Origin: an uncultured virus (IMG/VR IMGVR_UViG_3300025614_000002)
Lineage: Duplodnaviria > Heunggongvirae > Uroviricota > Caudoviricetes
Reading direction: 5' to 3' (one strand)
Length of the DNA stretch: 63,178 nucleotides
IMG/VR virus record: IMGVR_UViG_3300025614_000002
Under the pieces are notes generated by a model. That model did not search any database. It had not been told where the DNA came from and saw only the letters and a program-made list of their open reading frames with translations. This document shows positions 1-9,300 of the stretch, one piece after another. Position numbers and translations under genes: made by a program. The stretch's first letter is position 1, and each line of letters starts with the position of its first letter.

Positions 1-156
1 GGAACTTGTGAGTCCGCATGAGGGCGCGGCGCTGCTCTTCCGGGTCGGCCCCGAAGGTCAGAAGACCTTCGAGGATCCCAGAAGACACCGCAGACCGGGG
101 CAGGAACAGGTGCCTGCCCCGGTATACGACGCCCGCCTCGAGGTGAGGCAGTCTTG

Positions 157-531
157 TCACTCCTTTCTCCTCTTCCGGAACGAGGGATACCTCTTTCGGG
201 GGATCCCACTGAGAGCCTGCGTCAGCGTCTCGCTCATGGCGGTAGCGGCGTTGAGGCTCGAGTTGTACGTGAGCGCGGACACAAAGGTGTCCCCCTCGTC
301 AGGATCCTCTGTGGGGACCGGAACTGACCGCCCGTTGGTGGGGTGCCCCTTCTTTGGCCCCGGGGTATCTCTGCTCCGGCCGGATTTCCCTGCCTGGACC
401 TTGATCCGGCAGGTTCCTTTGTACCGGCAAGCCCGGCAAGTGCTATCCGTGATGTCGTAGTAGTCTTCCTCTCCGTAGCACCCTGGCTTCTCCTCGGTAT
501 GGGTTGAATATCGGCTTGTGAAGTCACCCAT
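157..531 (-). CDS. Hypothetical Cys-cluster (putative Zn-binding), basic protein
   Basis: GGAG SD before ATG; C..CRAC...C motif; basic C-terminus. Confidence 0.65.
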   Translation of the reverse strand: MGDFTSRYSTHTEEKPGCYGEEDYYDITDSTCRACRYKGTCRIKVQAGKSGRSRDTPGPKKGHPTNGRSVPVPTEDPDEGDTFVSALTYNSSLNAATAMSETLTQALSGIPRKRYPSFRKRRKE

Positions 532-566
532 GGACGCTCCTAAGACCCTGGTGATGTGCTACCAGG

Positions 567-574
567 GTTATGAC
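567..574 (-). promoter_or_regulatory. Candidate phage promoter element GNCATAAS, copy 1
   Basis: minus strand GTCATAAC ~35 nt upstream of ATG 531; next to inverted repeat 545-552/561-568. Confidence 0.5.
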
Positions 575-614
575 AGAGTATGATGTTCCCTACATCTGGC
601 GCAGAGGTGCAGTG

Positions 615-1646
615 ATGGAAGTGATCGACCAGTACGATGACCTGGGCGAGCGGTTCTCGCGGTCGGAACTCGCAGCACTCGCCACCTCGCTGCTCAAAGA
701 AGCCTCCTGGGTGGAGCGGGATGACCTCCTCGACCGGGACTTCGCGCTCATCCTGGTGGACGGCGAAGGGAAGGAGCACCGGAAGTTCGCTTGCTACGAC
801 GCAGGCTCCACTCTGGTCTCGCAGTGGTACCTCCTGAACGCGACCCACGGGCTCCCCGACACCGCGATGAAGGTCGCCTCGGTGAACCTGACTCGAGCAG
901 CGCAGCACTACGGAGTCATCACAGACGGAGATCTGGAGAAGGCCGCTTCTGCCCCGCTGGAGGGAGCAGATGAGCGCCGGGTCTTCCTCTCCGTCGCCCC
1001 GTCTCGCCCCTCGACCTCCCCGTCCGTCATCCGCAAGGTGGCATCGGCCTTCGACGTGATGACGGAGGTGACCCGGGAGTGGGCAGACCTCGACCCCTAC
1101 GATCGGCATGACGCCGCAGTGGACCTGGTGAAGATGGCGTCCCTCACGGGGGCCACGGTGCCAGATCACATCTTCCAGTACAGCGGCACGGAGCTCAGCC
1201 CGCGCTTCTCCAAGGTCGCACAGGCGCGGCGGGAGTTCACTACCCGTGAGGACACGCGAGAGGGGTACCTCCGCCTCTCGAAGATGGCCGCGGCGATGGA
1301 CACCGAGGATGTCGTTGAGGCGATGTTCCTCCTGGACGAGCAGGCGGGTGTGACTGGCCGCTACGGCGCGCGTCTCCCCGATCCAGTTCTCGCGGTCTAC
1401 GGGGCCACGAAGGAGGCCGAGTTCTCCTGGATCCAGGGCGGCGACTACGTCAACGAGCGCATGCTGAAGAGCTACTCCGGCAGCAGCGCGTTCAACGCCA
1501 CCAGTGGCAAGGTCTTCACGGACGCGGTCTGCGACCGGTTCAAGAAGGACCCGATCGGCACCTTCAAGGCCATGCCTCCCGAGCAGCAGAAGCTCATGGC
1601 CCGCCTCGCCTCCCAGTCCCGAGACAGCAACGATGGCGGCAACTGA
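615..1646 (+). CDS. Putative head/core protein with repeated K-x-A-[SA] motifs
   Basis: ORF 570..1646, likely start ATG 615 after GAGGTG SD; KEAS, KVAS (x2), KAAS, KMAS, KMAA. Confidence 0.7.
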   Translation: MEVIDQYDDLGERFSRSELAALATSLLKEASWVERDDLLDRDFALILVDGEGKEHRKFACYDAGSTLVSQWYLLNATHGLPDTAMKVASVNLTRAAQHYGVITDGDLEKAASAPLEGADERRVFLSVAPSRPSTSPSVIRKVASAFDVMTEVTREWADLDPYDRHDAAVDLVKMASLTGATVPDHIFQYSGTELSPRFSKVAQARREFTTREDTREGYLRLSKMAAAMDTEDVVEAMFLLDEQAGVTGRYGARLPDPVLAVYGATKEAEFSWIQGGDYVNERMLKSYSGSSAFNATSGKVFTDAVCDRFKKDPIGTFKAMPPEQQKLMARLASQSRDSNDGGN

Positions 1647-2436
1647 TCTGCAGCTCTTCCGGGATGAGCAAGCTCACCCCCTGGTCCTACTCCGTGCCTG
1701 CCTCCGCCTGTTTGGGGCAGAGGTGCTGGAGTGGGAGCCCACGGTCGTGAAGAGGTCGATCGAAGACGCCACTGAGGCCACCGTATCTCGCGTGAACTTC
1801 GTGAAGATCCTGGCGGCCCTGACCGTCGCGAACCGCGACAACTTCTGGCTGGAGTGGGAGACCTTCCACTTCTTGTCCCAGGCGTTGAACAACAACCTCC
1901 CCTCGGCAGGTGCCATCCAAGATCAGAGCGTCGGACAGATGATGGTGGCGGTGGACATCGCTGCCAGCATCCGGAAAGAGCTGGGGACGCTCTCGGAGGT
2001 CCCGGAGTTCAGCGACGAGGTGCGGCGGTACATCGCGGCCCAGCTCTCGGAGGCGGGAATCTGGTTCGTCCCAGAGCCCCTCACCTTCGTCAACCCCCTC
2101 ATCTCTGGACTCACCCAGGTTTGCGGTGAGTGTGACAATGAGGAGGAGCCGCAGGTGGACGGCCTCTGCAGCTACTGCACGGATCGGTACGACGCGGACT
2201 CTCTGCTCAAGCTCGAACCGGACGAAGAGCTCAGCAAGAAGTACGACGGATCCAAGGTGCGGGTCATCGAGAAGTTCAAGACGCTCCCCGTCCAGAAGCG
2301 GCTCATGGACTACCTGACAAAGCCTGCTACGGTACTCCGCGAGACCCAGGCGGATATCTGTACCGCCAAGATCGTGACCGGATTGGAGTACATGATGCAC
2401 CGCCGGGCGCAGCTGAGCCGACAGGAGGCCGTATGA
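1633..2436 (+). CDS. Hypothetical phage protein with CxxC...CxxC
   Basis: ORF 1504..2436; likely start ATG 1633 overlapping the upstream gene end; CGEC/CSYC. Confidence 0.7.
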   Translation: MAATDLQLFRDEQAHPLVLLRACLRLFGAEVLEWEPTVVKRSIEDATEATVSRVNFVKILAALTVANRDNFWLEWETFHFLSQALNNNLPSAGAIQDQSVGQMMVAVDIAASIRKELGTLSEVPEFSDEVRRYIAAQLSEAGIWFVPEPLTFVNPLISGLTQVCGECDNEEEPQVDGLCSYCTDRYDADSLLKLEPDEELSKKYDGSKVRVIEKFKTLPVQKRLMDYLTKPATVLRETQADICTAKIVTGLEYMMHRRAQLSRQEAV

Positions 2437-3458
2437 CCCCGGAATCCCTGGCCGCCTTCGTAGACGAGATGCAGAAGCTCTCAGAAATGCCCGCACCGGC
2501 TGCCAAGGAGGAAGATCGCGGTGGGGTCGTCAGTCGCGCACGTAGCTCTCTGAAGCGGCACGCAGGAGTCGGAACCCTCGCCATGGGAGGCCTGACCGCG
2601 GCGCTGGCTGCGAAGAACCCGCAGGCAGCCGGGAAGTTCTTTCGGCACGCCAAAGAGCTGGTGACGAAGCCGGGTAAGAGTCTCGCGCGCGGGTGGAAGT
2701 CTGGAAGGACAGACATCACCTCTGGAGCTGGGGCATCGGACGCTGCGTCGAAGCGGGTCGGCATGTACAAGGACACGTTCCGCAGTGCCGGAGATGGGCG
2801 ACTCCTCCAGCATGACGTGCTCACTCAGAAGGACCCAGGGTTCTTGCGGCGGCAGAACATCCTCGGCGTCGGAGAGCGCAGCAAAGAGGGCCTAAAGCTG
2901 AACAAGGCGCTGGCACAGCGGGTCAAGGAGACTCAGGGCAGGTTGGACGCTGGGGAGCGGATTCCGGAGAGTCAGTTGCGCGCACTCTACGACGAGATCG
3001 GCCAGGCTGGTAGCGCCCAGAAGCTCAAGCCGGCGGCGGGCCTGACGACGTACATGCCCGGAGAGAGGTCTGCTAACGTGGGCCTCGGGACCGTCGGAGG
3101 AGTGGCAGGAGGCCTCGAGTCGCACGATCCCGAGACGGGGCGTAAGCGTGGGGTAGGAGAGCGCCTGGCCCGTGGTGCTGCTGGGGCAGGCACCGCCATT
3201 GGGCTGGGACACATGTTCATGGGTCGAGGCACTGGGATGGACGCCGGGAACTTCATCCCCAAGAGCCTCCGGGCTAAGCTGCCGAAGACGTTCCGCGGTA
3301 ACCAGATCCCCCTCACAGGGGATAGGTCGATGCTCTCCCAGAAGGGGCTGCTGCCGCTGGCCGCTGGCGGCGTACTCGCAGCAGGAGAGGGCGTAGCCGC
3401 AGATGCTGCAGGTGCGGGCGGGCAGTTGGTAGATCGGGCCTTCGGGCAGGGGGAGTAG
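2433..3458 (+). CDS. Putative virion cargo protein (AFVDEMQKLS leader, glycine-zipper helices)
   Basis: ATGA-coupled; acidic leader, then K/R-rich body with several G/A-rich hydrophobic segments. Confidence 0.65.
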   Translation: MTPESLAAFVDEMQKLSEMPAPAAKEEDRGGVVSRARSSLKRHAGVGTLAMGGLTAALAAKNPQAAGKFFRHAKELVTKPGKSLARGWKSGRTDITSGAGASDAASKRVGMYKDTFRSAGDGRLLQHDVLTQKDPGFLRRQNILGVGERSKEGLKLNKALAQRVKETQGRLDAGERIPESQLRALYDEIGQAGSAQKLKPAAGLTTYMPGERSANVGLGTVGGVAGGLESHDPETGRKRGVGERLARGAAGAGTAIGLGHMFMGRGTGMDAGNFIPKSLRAKLPKTFRGNQIPLTGDRSMLSQKGLLPLAAGGVLAAGEGVAADAAGAGGQLVDRAFGQGE

Positions 3459-5522
3459 ATGTCGGTCTCAGGCGAGCTCAGTCGGTTCAATCCGCGTCGC
3501 GCCAGTGTGGACGGGAGCCGTGGATTCGGTATCCAATACCCGTCCCCCTTCTTCGACATCGCGCAGCAGTTCCTCCCGACGAACCAGCACCAGCTGCACA
3601 AGTGGTGTCGGTACTACTTCCTCACGAATCCGGTCATCAACGCCGCCTGCTCCAAGATGGCCGAGTACCCGGTCACCCCTCTGGTGTTCGAGACAGAGGA
3701 CCCGGAGCTCCAGAAGCTCGGACGCAAGGTCGAGGGGCAGCTCAAGCTGCGCTCGTTCCAGGTCGAGGTGGGCCTGGACTACTTCGTGTACGGCAACGCC
3801 TTCGTCTCGGTGTTCCTGCCGTTCGAGAAGTACCTCATCTGCTCGAGCTGCAAGGCCCGGTACCGGGCGAAGACGAACCGCTTCCGCTACACCTGGCGCA
3901 ACTCCCGTTTCTACCTCAAGAAGTGCAAGTGTGGGCACGTCGGCTACGCCAAGCAGCACGACGTCTACATGCGGAGCTTCCGGCAGATCAAACTGGTCCG
4001 CTGGAACCCCGAGAACATCACGATCAAGCACAACGAGATCACAGGGGAGACGAAGTACTTCTTCAAGCTCCCCCGTGCGGTGCTCAATGACATCAAGCTG
4101 GGGGACAAGGACACCATCGAGACGCTGCCCATCGAGTTCCTCGAGGCGGCGCGGCGTCGGAAGTCTCTGCTCTTCTCGAAGGACAACCTGTACCACCTGA
4201 AGCGTCCGACCATCGCGCAGAAGGACCAGGGGTGGGGAACCCCCCTGATCTACCCGCTGCTGAAGGATGCGTACTACCTGCAGGTGATGAAGAAGGCGAA
4301 CGAGGCAGTCCTCCAGGAGAGCATCGTCCCCCTCCGCATTCTCTTCCCGGGCCAGAGCACGGGAGGTAACGAGGGGCCGTACGGCGCGTACAACCTGACG
4401 AACTGGAAGAAGCGTGTTGATGAAGAGATCAACATGTGGAAGCGGGACCACAACTACATCCCTGTCCTTCCGGTGAACGTCGGCTTCCAGCAGATCGGCG
4501 GCCAGGGGCGCTCCCTCCTGCTCTACCAGGAGATGCGACTCCTCGCGGAGCAGATGCTGGCCGGTGCCGGCATCCCCGTAGAGTTCATCTTCGGCGGCCT
4601 CCAGTGGAGTGGGTCGAGTACCTCTCTCCGTGCCCTGGAGAACATGTTCCTGGGCTTCAACATGCAGCGGCATGAGCTCGTGAATGAGTTCATCCTCGGG
4701 AAGATCTTCTCCTTCATGGACTGGCCGAAGGTCCCTGCGCGGTTCGACAAGTTCCGCATGGCCGACGATCTCCAGAGGAGCATGTTCTACCTGCAGCTCA
4801 ACCAGGCACAGAAGATCAGCAACCGCCGGCTCATGGAGGAGGTCGGAGAGAACTTCGACCTCGAGACCGAGCGCATGGAAGACGAGATCGCGACGCAGCT
4901 CCAGGCCAACCGCAAGATGCAGGTGGCTTCTGCCGACATCCAGGGCGAAGCCCAGCTGCGTGGATCCCGCTACCAGACCAAGGCCCAGGAGCTCCAGATG
5001 CGCTCCCAGGCCAAGGTACAGATGGAGATGCAGCAGGAGCAGATGCAGGCTCAGGCGGCCATGCAGGGCGGAGCTCCGGGGCAGCCTCCCCCACAGCAGC
5101 CCGCGCAGCCTCCACAGCAGCCTTCACAGCAGCCTCAGCAGGGCGGAGATCAGGCCCAGCAGACTGCAGGTCTCCCAGAAGGGGCCACGGCGTACGACGA
5201 GAACGCACAGAACCCCAACGCCACGGGCATGCCGGCAGCGATGGCGGGAATGCAGTCACAGGTACAGCCCGGTGGAGGAGGCGTAGACCTCCGGTACATC
5301 GCGCAGCGAGCCGCGGCATTCCTGCGCACCGTGAAGGCTGAGCAGGGTGAGGAGGCGATGTTCCAGTCTCTTGCGCAGATGCAGACCTCCAACCCCGCGC
5401 TCTACCAGCTGGTAGTCCAGCTAATGAATGAGACGGGGTCGAAGCAGGATCCGACAAACGCGATGTCGAATCCTGCTCCGAATGGAACTCCGCAGGCCAG
5501 TGCGGGACGCCAGGTCGGCTAA
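3459..5522 (+). CDS. Portal protein
   Basis: Portal-like motifs NPVINAAC..MAEYP, LDYFVYGNAFV, NLYHLKR, WGTPLI; Cys insertion; Q/P-rich C-terminal tail. Confidence 0.8.
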   Translation: MSVSGELSRFNPRRASVDGSRGFGIQYPSPFFDIAQQFLPTNQHQLHKWCRYYFLTNPVINAACSKMAEYPVTPLVFETEDPELQKLGRKVEGQLKLRSFQVEVGLDYFVYGNAFVSVFLPFEKYLICSSCKARYRAKTNRFRYTWRNSRFYLKKCKCGHVGYAKQHDVYMRSFRQIKLVRWNPENITIKHNEITGETKYFFKLPRAVLNDIKLGDKDTIETLPIEFLEAARRRKSLLFSKDNLYHLKRPTIAQKDQGWGTPLIYPLLKDAYYLQVMKKANEAVLQESIVPLRILFPGQSTGGNEGPYGAYNLTNWKKRVDEEINMWKRDHNYIPVLPVNVGFQQIGGQGRSLLLYQEMRLLAEQMLAGAGIPVEFIFGGLQWSGSSTSLRALENMFLGFNMQRHELVNEFILGKIFSFMDWPKVPARFDKFRMADDLQRSMFYLQLNQAQKISNRRLMEEVGENFDLETERMEDEIATQLQANRKMQVASADIQGEAQLRGSRYQTKAQELQMRSQAKVQMEMQQEQMQAQAAMQGGAPGQPPPQQPAQPPQQPSQQPQQGGDQAQQTAGLPEGATAYDENAQNPNATGMPAAMAGMQSQVQPGGGGVDLRYIAQRAAAFLRTVKAEQGEEAMFQSLAQMQTSNPALYQLVVQLMNETGSKQDPTNAMSNPAPNGTPQASAGRQVG

Positions 5523-5782
5523 TCCCACTGCGGTGGGTTGATCGCCCACTTGCGAGGCTTTGAGATCTGGATTCCTTCCAGCAGAGCCCCCAAGATCTTG
5601 GGGGCATGTTCCACGAAGCACGCCTCATGGAACATGACTTCGTGATCTCCCGTAGTGAACGTCTCTACTTCTGCGGTCCACCGCACGGCCCGTCGGAAAA
5701 TCCGGTGTCGGGAGAGACAGAGGGCGGCCTCCCGCCGCACAATGTGAGCTCCGCAGTACTCACAGTAGTAGCTGGGGGTCAC
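5519..5782 (-). CDS. Small Zn-ribbon-like protein
   Basis: CEYCG...HEAC; GTG start overlaps upstream stop. Confidence 0.55.
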   Translation of the reverse strand: MTPSYYCEYCGAHIVRREAALCLSRHRIFRRAVRWTAEVETFTTGDHEVMFHEACFVEHAPKILGALLEGIQISKPRKWAINPPQWD

Positions 5783-6108
5783 GGCATCACCGCCAGCAGG
5801 AAACTCGAGTAGTCTCCGCAGCCAGCACATTCTCCTGCGCCCCAAAAGGGGAGAGCCGGTAGGGCCCCCGCGCAGGCAGAGCACAACCACAGGGCATCGG
5901 GTACTTCCTCCTTCAACTCTGGGCAGCCCTTGCAGTCCATGTCCCCACAGCGTCCCTCTACGATCGGGCAGTATGCTGCGAGGATGTCCTCTTCTGCGGT
6001 TCGAGGGGCTATAGAAATCTCGGGAGGACGGAGAGAAAGCCCCTCGAGGCCGGCATCACGCCGACCTCGAAGGACACTCTCCCGGGGCCTCCTACCCATC
6101 CTGGGCAT
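5779..6108 (-). CDS. Small Cys-rich protein
   Basis: Several CxxC pairs (CKGC, CSAC, CAGC); start uncertain. Confidence 0.5.
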   Translation of the reverse strand: MPRMGRRPRESVLRGRRDAGLEGLSLRPPEISIAPRTAEEDILAAYCPIVEGRCGDMDCKGCPELKEEVPDALWLCSACAGALPALPFWGAGECAGCGDYSSFLLAVMP

Positions 6109-6199
6109 CGTCCAAGTCCTCGATGTGATCCTCGAAGACGTCAGACGATGTTCTCACGGCGGCAGCAATCACTGCCGCCCAGAAGGCCCACGTCAGCAT
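6092..6199 (-). CDS. 35-aa micro-ORF, hydrophobic N-terminus and acidic tail
   Basis: Hand translation MLTWAFWAAVIAAAVRTSSDVFEDHIEDLDDAQDG; GGAGG SD. Confidence 0.4.
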   Translation of the reverse strand: MLTWAFWAAVIAAAVRTSSDVFEDHIEDLDDAQDG

Positions 6200-6200
6200 C

Positions 6201-6284
6201 TCAGAGCCCTCCCCAATCATCGGGCCACTCCGGCTCGATGGGCTGGGGGTCGGGATCGGTCTTGGTACGCTGCTGCTTGATCAT
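6201..6284 (-). CDS. 27-aa micro-ORF
   Basis: Hand translation MIKQQRTKTDPDPQPIEPEWPDDWGGL; GGAG SD; first gene after candidate promoter. Confidence 0.4.
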   Translation of the reverse strand: MIKQQRTKTDPDPQPIEPEWPDDWGGL

Positions 6285-6323
6285 GTGCTGCTCCAGCGTC
6301 GGCGCTACTTGCCGACTGTTATA

Positions 6324-6331
6324 CTTATGGC
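6324..6331 (-). promoter_or_regulatory. Candidate phage promoter element GNCATAAS, copy 2
   Basis: minus strand GCCATAAG ~39 nt upstream of ATG 6284; AAAT 17 nt further upstream. Confidence 0.5.
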
Positions 6332-6352
6332 CTCGATCTGTGGAGTATTTAG

Positions 6353-9300
6353 GTGTCCAATCTGAACCCTGAAGCAGCCCACCGCTCCCTGGTCCAGAAG
6401 ACCAAAGAGGCGATCTCCTCTCACTTTCCGATTGAGGGCAGGAAGCACCGCCTGGAGCTCCTCTCTCTCGTCATTGAGGAAGGGCCGAAGTTCAGTTCGG
6501 CCAACTACGAGTCCCAGGCGGGCGCGCGACTGACGGGGAAGACCTGGGGACCGGACATCAAGGCGAAGTTCCGCCTGGTGGACATCGAGACCAAGAAGGT
6601 TCTGGACGAGAAGACCCGGACGATCGGCACTCTGCCCAAGATCACCACTCGGTACAGCTACATCGTAGCAGGCAGCGAGCGGCAGTTCGATGGGGTGTTT
6701 CGGCTGAACCCCGGTGCCTACCACGCAGAGGCCAGCAACGGCGACCTCCTCGCGAAGTGGAATGTCGCTGCTGGGTCAAAGATCGGGTCCTTCAAGATCT
6801 TCATCGAGCGGAAGGACCCGAAGAAGGTCGGGCGCATGCACCTGATCGTGAAGAGCGGGGATGCGTCCACCGTGAAGATCGCGATCTACCCGGTGCTCAA
6901 GGCCATGGGCATCAGCGATGAGCAGATGAAGTCCAAGTTCGGAGAGAAGATCTTCGAGGCCAACAGGGCTGCGGCAAAGCCCGGAACCCTGCAGCGGTTC
7001 CACAAGGCGATCGAGAACCGGAAGAAGTCTCAGGACTACAAGCCCCCGCCCCCAGCAGAGGCTGCCCAGTTCGCCAAGCAGGTGTTTGAGGGAGCCGAAG
7101 TCAGCGCCGACACGATGCAGTCCGCGCTGGGCAAGAAGTTCGAGAAGATCTCCGGGGAGGCCCTGCTCCTCTCCGCGGCGAAGCTGGTGGGGATCAGCAA
7201 GGGTCGCGTGAAGGAGGACGATCGACAGTCCCTCTCGAACAAGCGCCTCTTCGGGGCCGAGGATTTCATCCACGAGCATCTGACGAAGGGCGCCAACATC
7301 TACTCGTTGCAGCGGAAGATTCGCAACAACGTCGATCGCCGCGATCGCATCTCGGAGATCATCCCCGCACCTGGCGTGGGGTACGGCGCGGCCATCCTGT
7401 CGAAGTTCAAGGCGGGACAGCTCCCCACCCAGACGAACCCCCTGCAGTTCGTCTCGAACCACACGAAGACCACGATCCTCGGAGCGGAGTTCGGCGGCAT
7501 CAAGGGCGACAACGTCAACATGATGCAGGACAAGCTGATCAACCCGAGTCACCTCGGGCTCCTCGATCCGCTTCAGACCCCTGAGAACTCCGCCACTGGC
7601 GTAGTCCTCCATGTACCTCTCGGCGCCAAGAAGAAGGGCCACCGGCTGATGGCGCAGGTCATCAACGTGAAGACCCGTCGGGTCGAAGAGAAGAGCGCCG
7701 CCGAGCTCGAGAACGCGGTGGTCGCTTACCCAGACCAGGTCAAGGTCACGAAGAAGGCCGACGGCACGTACAGCCTGAAGCCTCGGTTCTCGAATGTCGT
7801 TGTCTACGACGACGAGCGCAACACCTCCAAGCGCCCATGGAATCAGGTCCAGTACGTGCTCCCCTCGGCTCGGAACCTCTTCGCGATCAGCGCCAACCTG
7901 GTGCCGTTCATCCAGAACGACAACGGCAACCGTGCGATGATGGCCGCCAAGCACCAGGAGCAGGCCGTGGGGCTCCAGAAGCGGGAGGCCCCACTGGTAC
8001 AGTCAGTCCAGAAGGGGAAGGCCTCCTACGAGCGCCTGGTGGGCGCCATGGCCGCTATCACAGCGGTCACGGATGGGACGGTCTCCTCTGTCTCCAAGAA
8101 GGCCATCGTGGTGAAGGGCCCGGACGGCAAGGCCTCGAAGTACCCCCTGTACGATCACTACCCGCTGAACGGCGCGAAGCACATGATGCACTCCACCCCT
8201 CTGGTAGAGGTGGGGGACAAGGTCAAGCGCGGCCAGGTCATCGCGGACTCCAACTTCACCCACAAGGGCACCCTGGCCCTGGGTACCAACCTGCGTGTGG
8301 CCTACATCCCGTACAAGGGCCTGAACTTCGAGGATGGCATCGTCATCTCGGAGAGTGCCGCGTCCAGCCTGGTGTCCAGTCACCTGCACAGCGTCGAAGT
8401 CGAGATGACGCCGAACGTGGTGGTGAACCGGAAGCTGTGGCGGCAGTACGCTGGGGCGATCAAGGCCACTCCTGAGGCGCTTCGGAAGCTGGATGAGAAT
8501 GGCGTGATCAAGAAGGGGACCCGGGTTCAGCCCGGAGATGTCCTGATCGCGAAGCTGCGCAAGCAGGACAACACCAAGGAGACCCAGGTAGTCAAGGCCG
8601 CGCTGAAGAAGGCGATCCGGGACTACGTCGATGCCGCTGAGATCTGGGATCACGAGTACGGCGGCACAGTCGTTCGCGTGGTGAACACCGGGAAGAAGCT
8701 GGCGGTCTACGTCCGGACTGAGCAGACGATGGAGATCGGGGACAAGCTCTCAGGTCGACATGGCAACAAGGGCATCGTCACCAAGATCCTCCCCGATGAC
8801 CAGATGCCGCGGGACAAGAGCGGGAAGCACGTCGAGGTTCTCCACAGCCCGGCGGGCATCCCCTCACGCATGAACGTCGGACAGGTCCTCGAGACCGCAG
8901 CGGGCAAGATCGCGAAGAAGACGGGCAAGCCCTTCCTGGTTGAGAACTTCGACCCGGACAAGGACTACAGCCAGTTCGTGAAGGACGAGCTCAAGAAGCA
9001 CAAGCTCTCGGACACCGAAGAGCTCTTCGATCCGGAGACGGGGGAGAGCCTCGGTCAGATCTTCACGGGGTTCCAGTACACGCTGAAGCTGGACCATCAG
9101 GCGGAGAAGAAGGTCACGGCTCGCGCTGGTGGATTCGGGTACAAGTACCGTCCCACTGGGGAGGCAGCTCAGGGCTCTGGCGTCGGGCAGGGAGGCCAGC
9201 GCATTGGTGGCCTGGATCTGTACTCCATGCTGGCTCACGGAGCTGTACACAACCTTCGGGAGATGCAGACCTACAAGTCTGACCGAGAGCAGGCCGAGGA

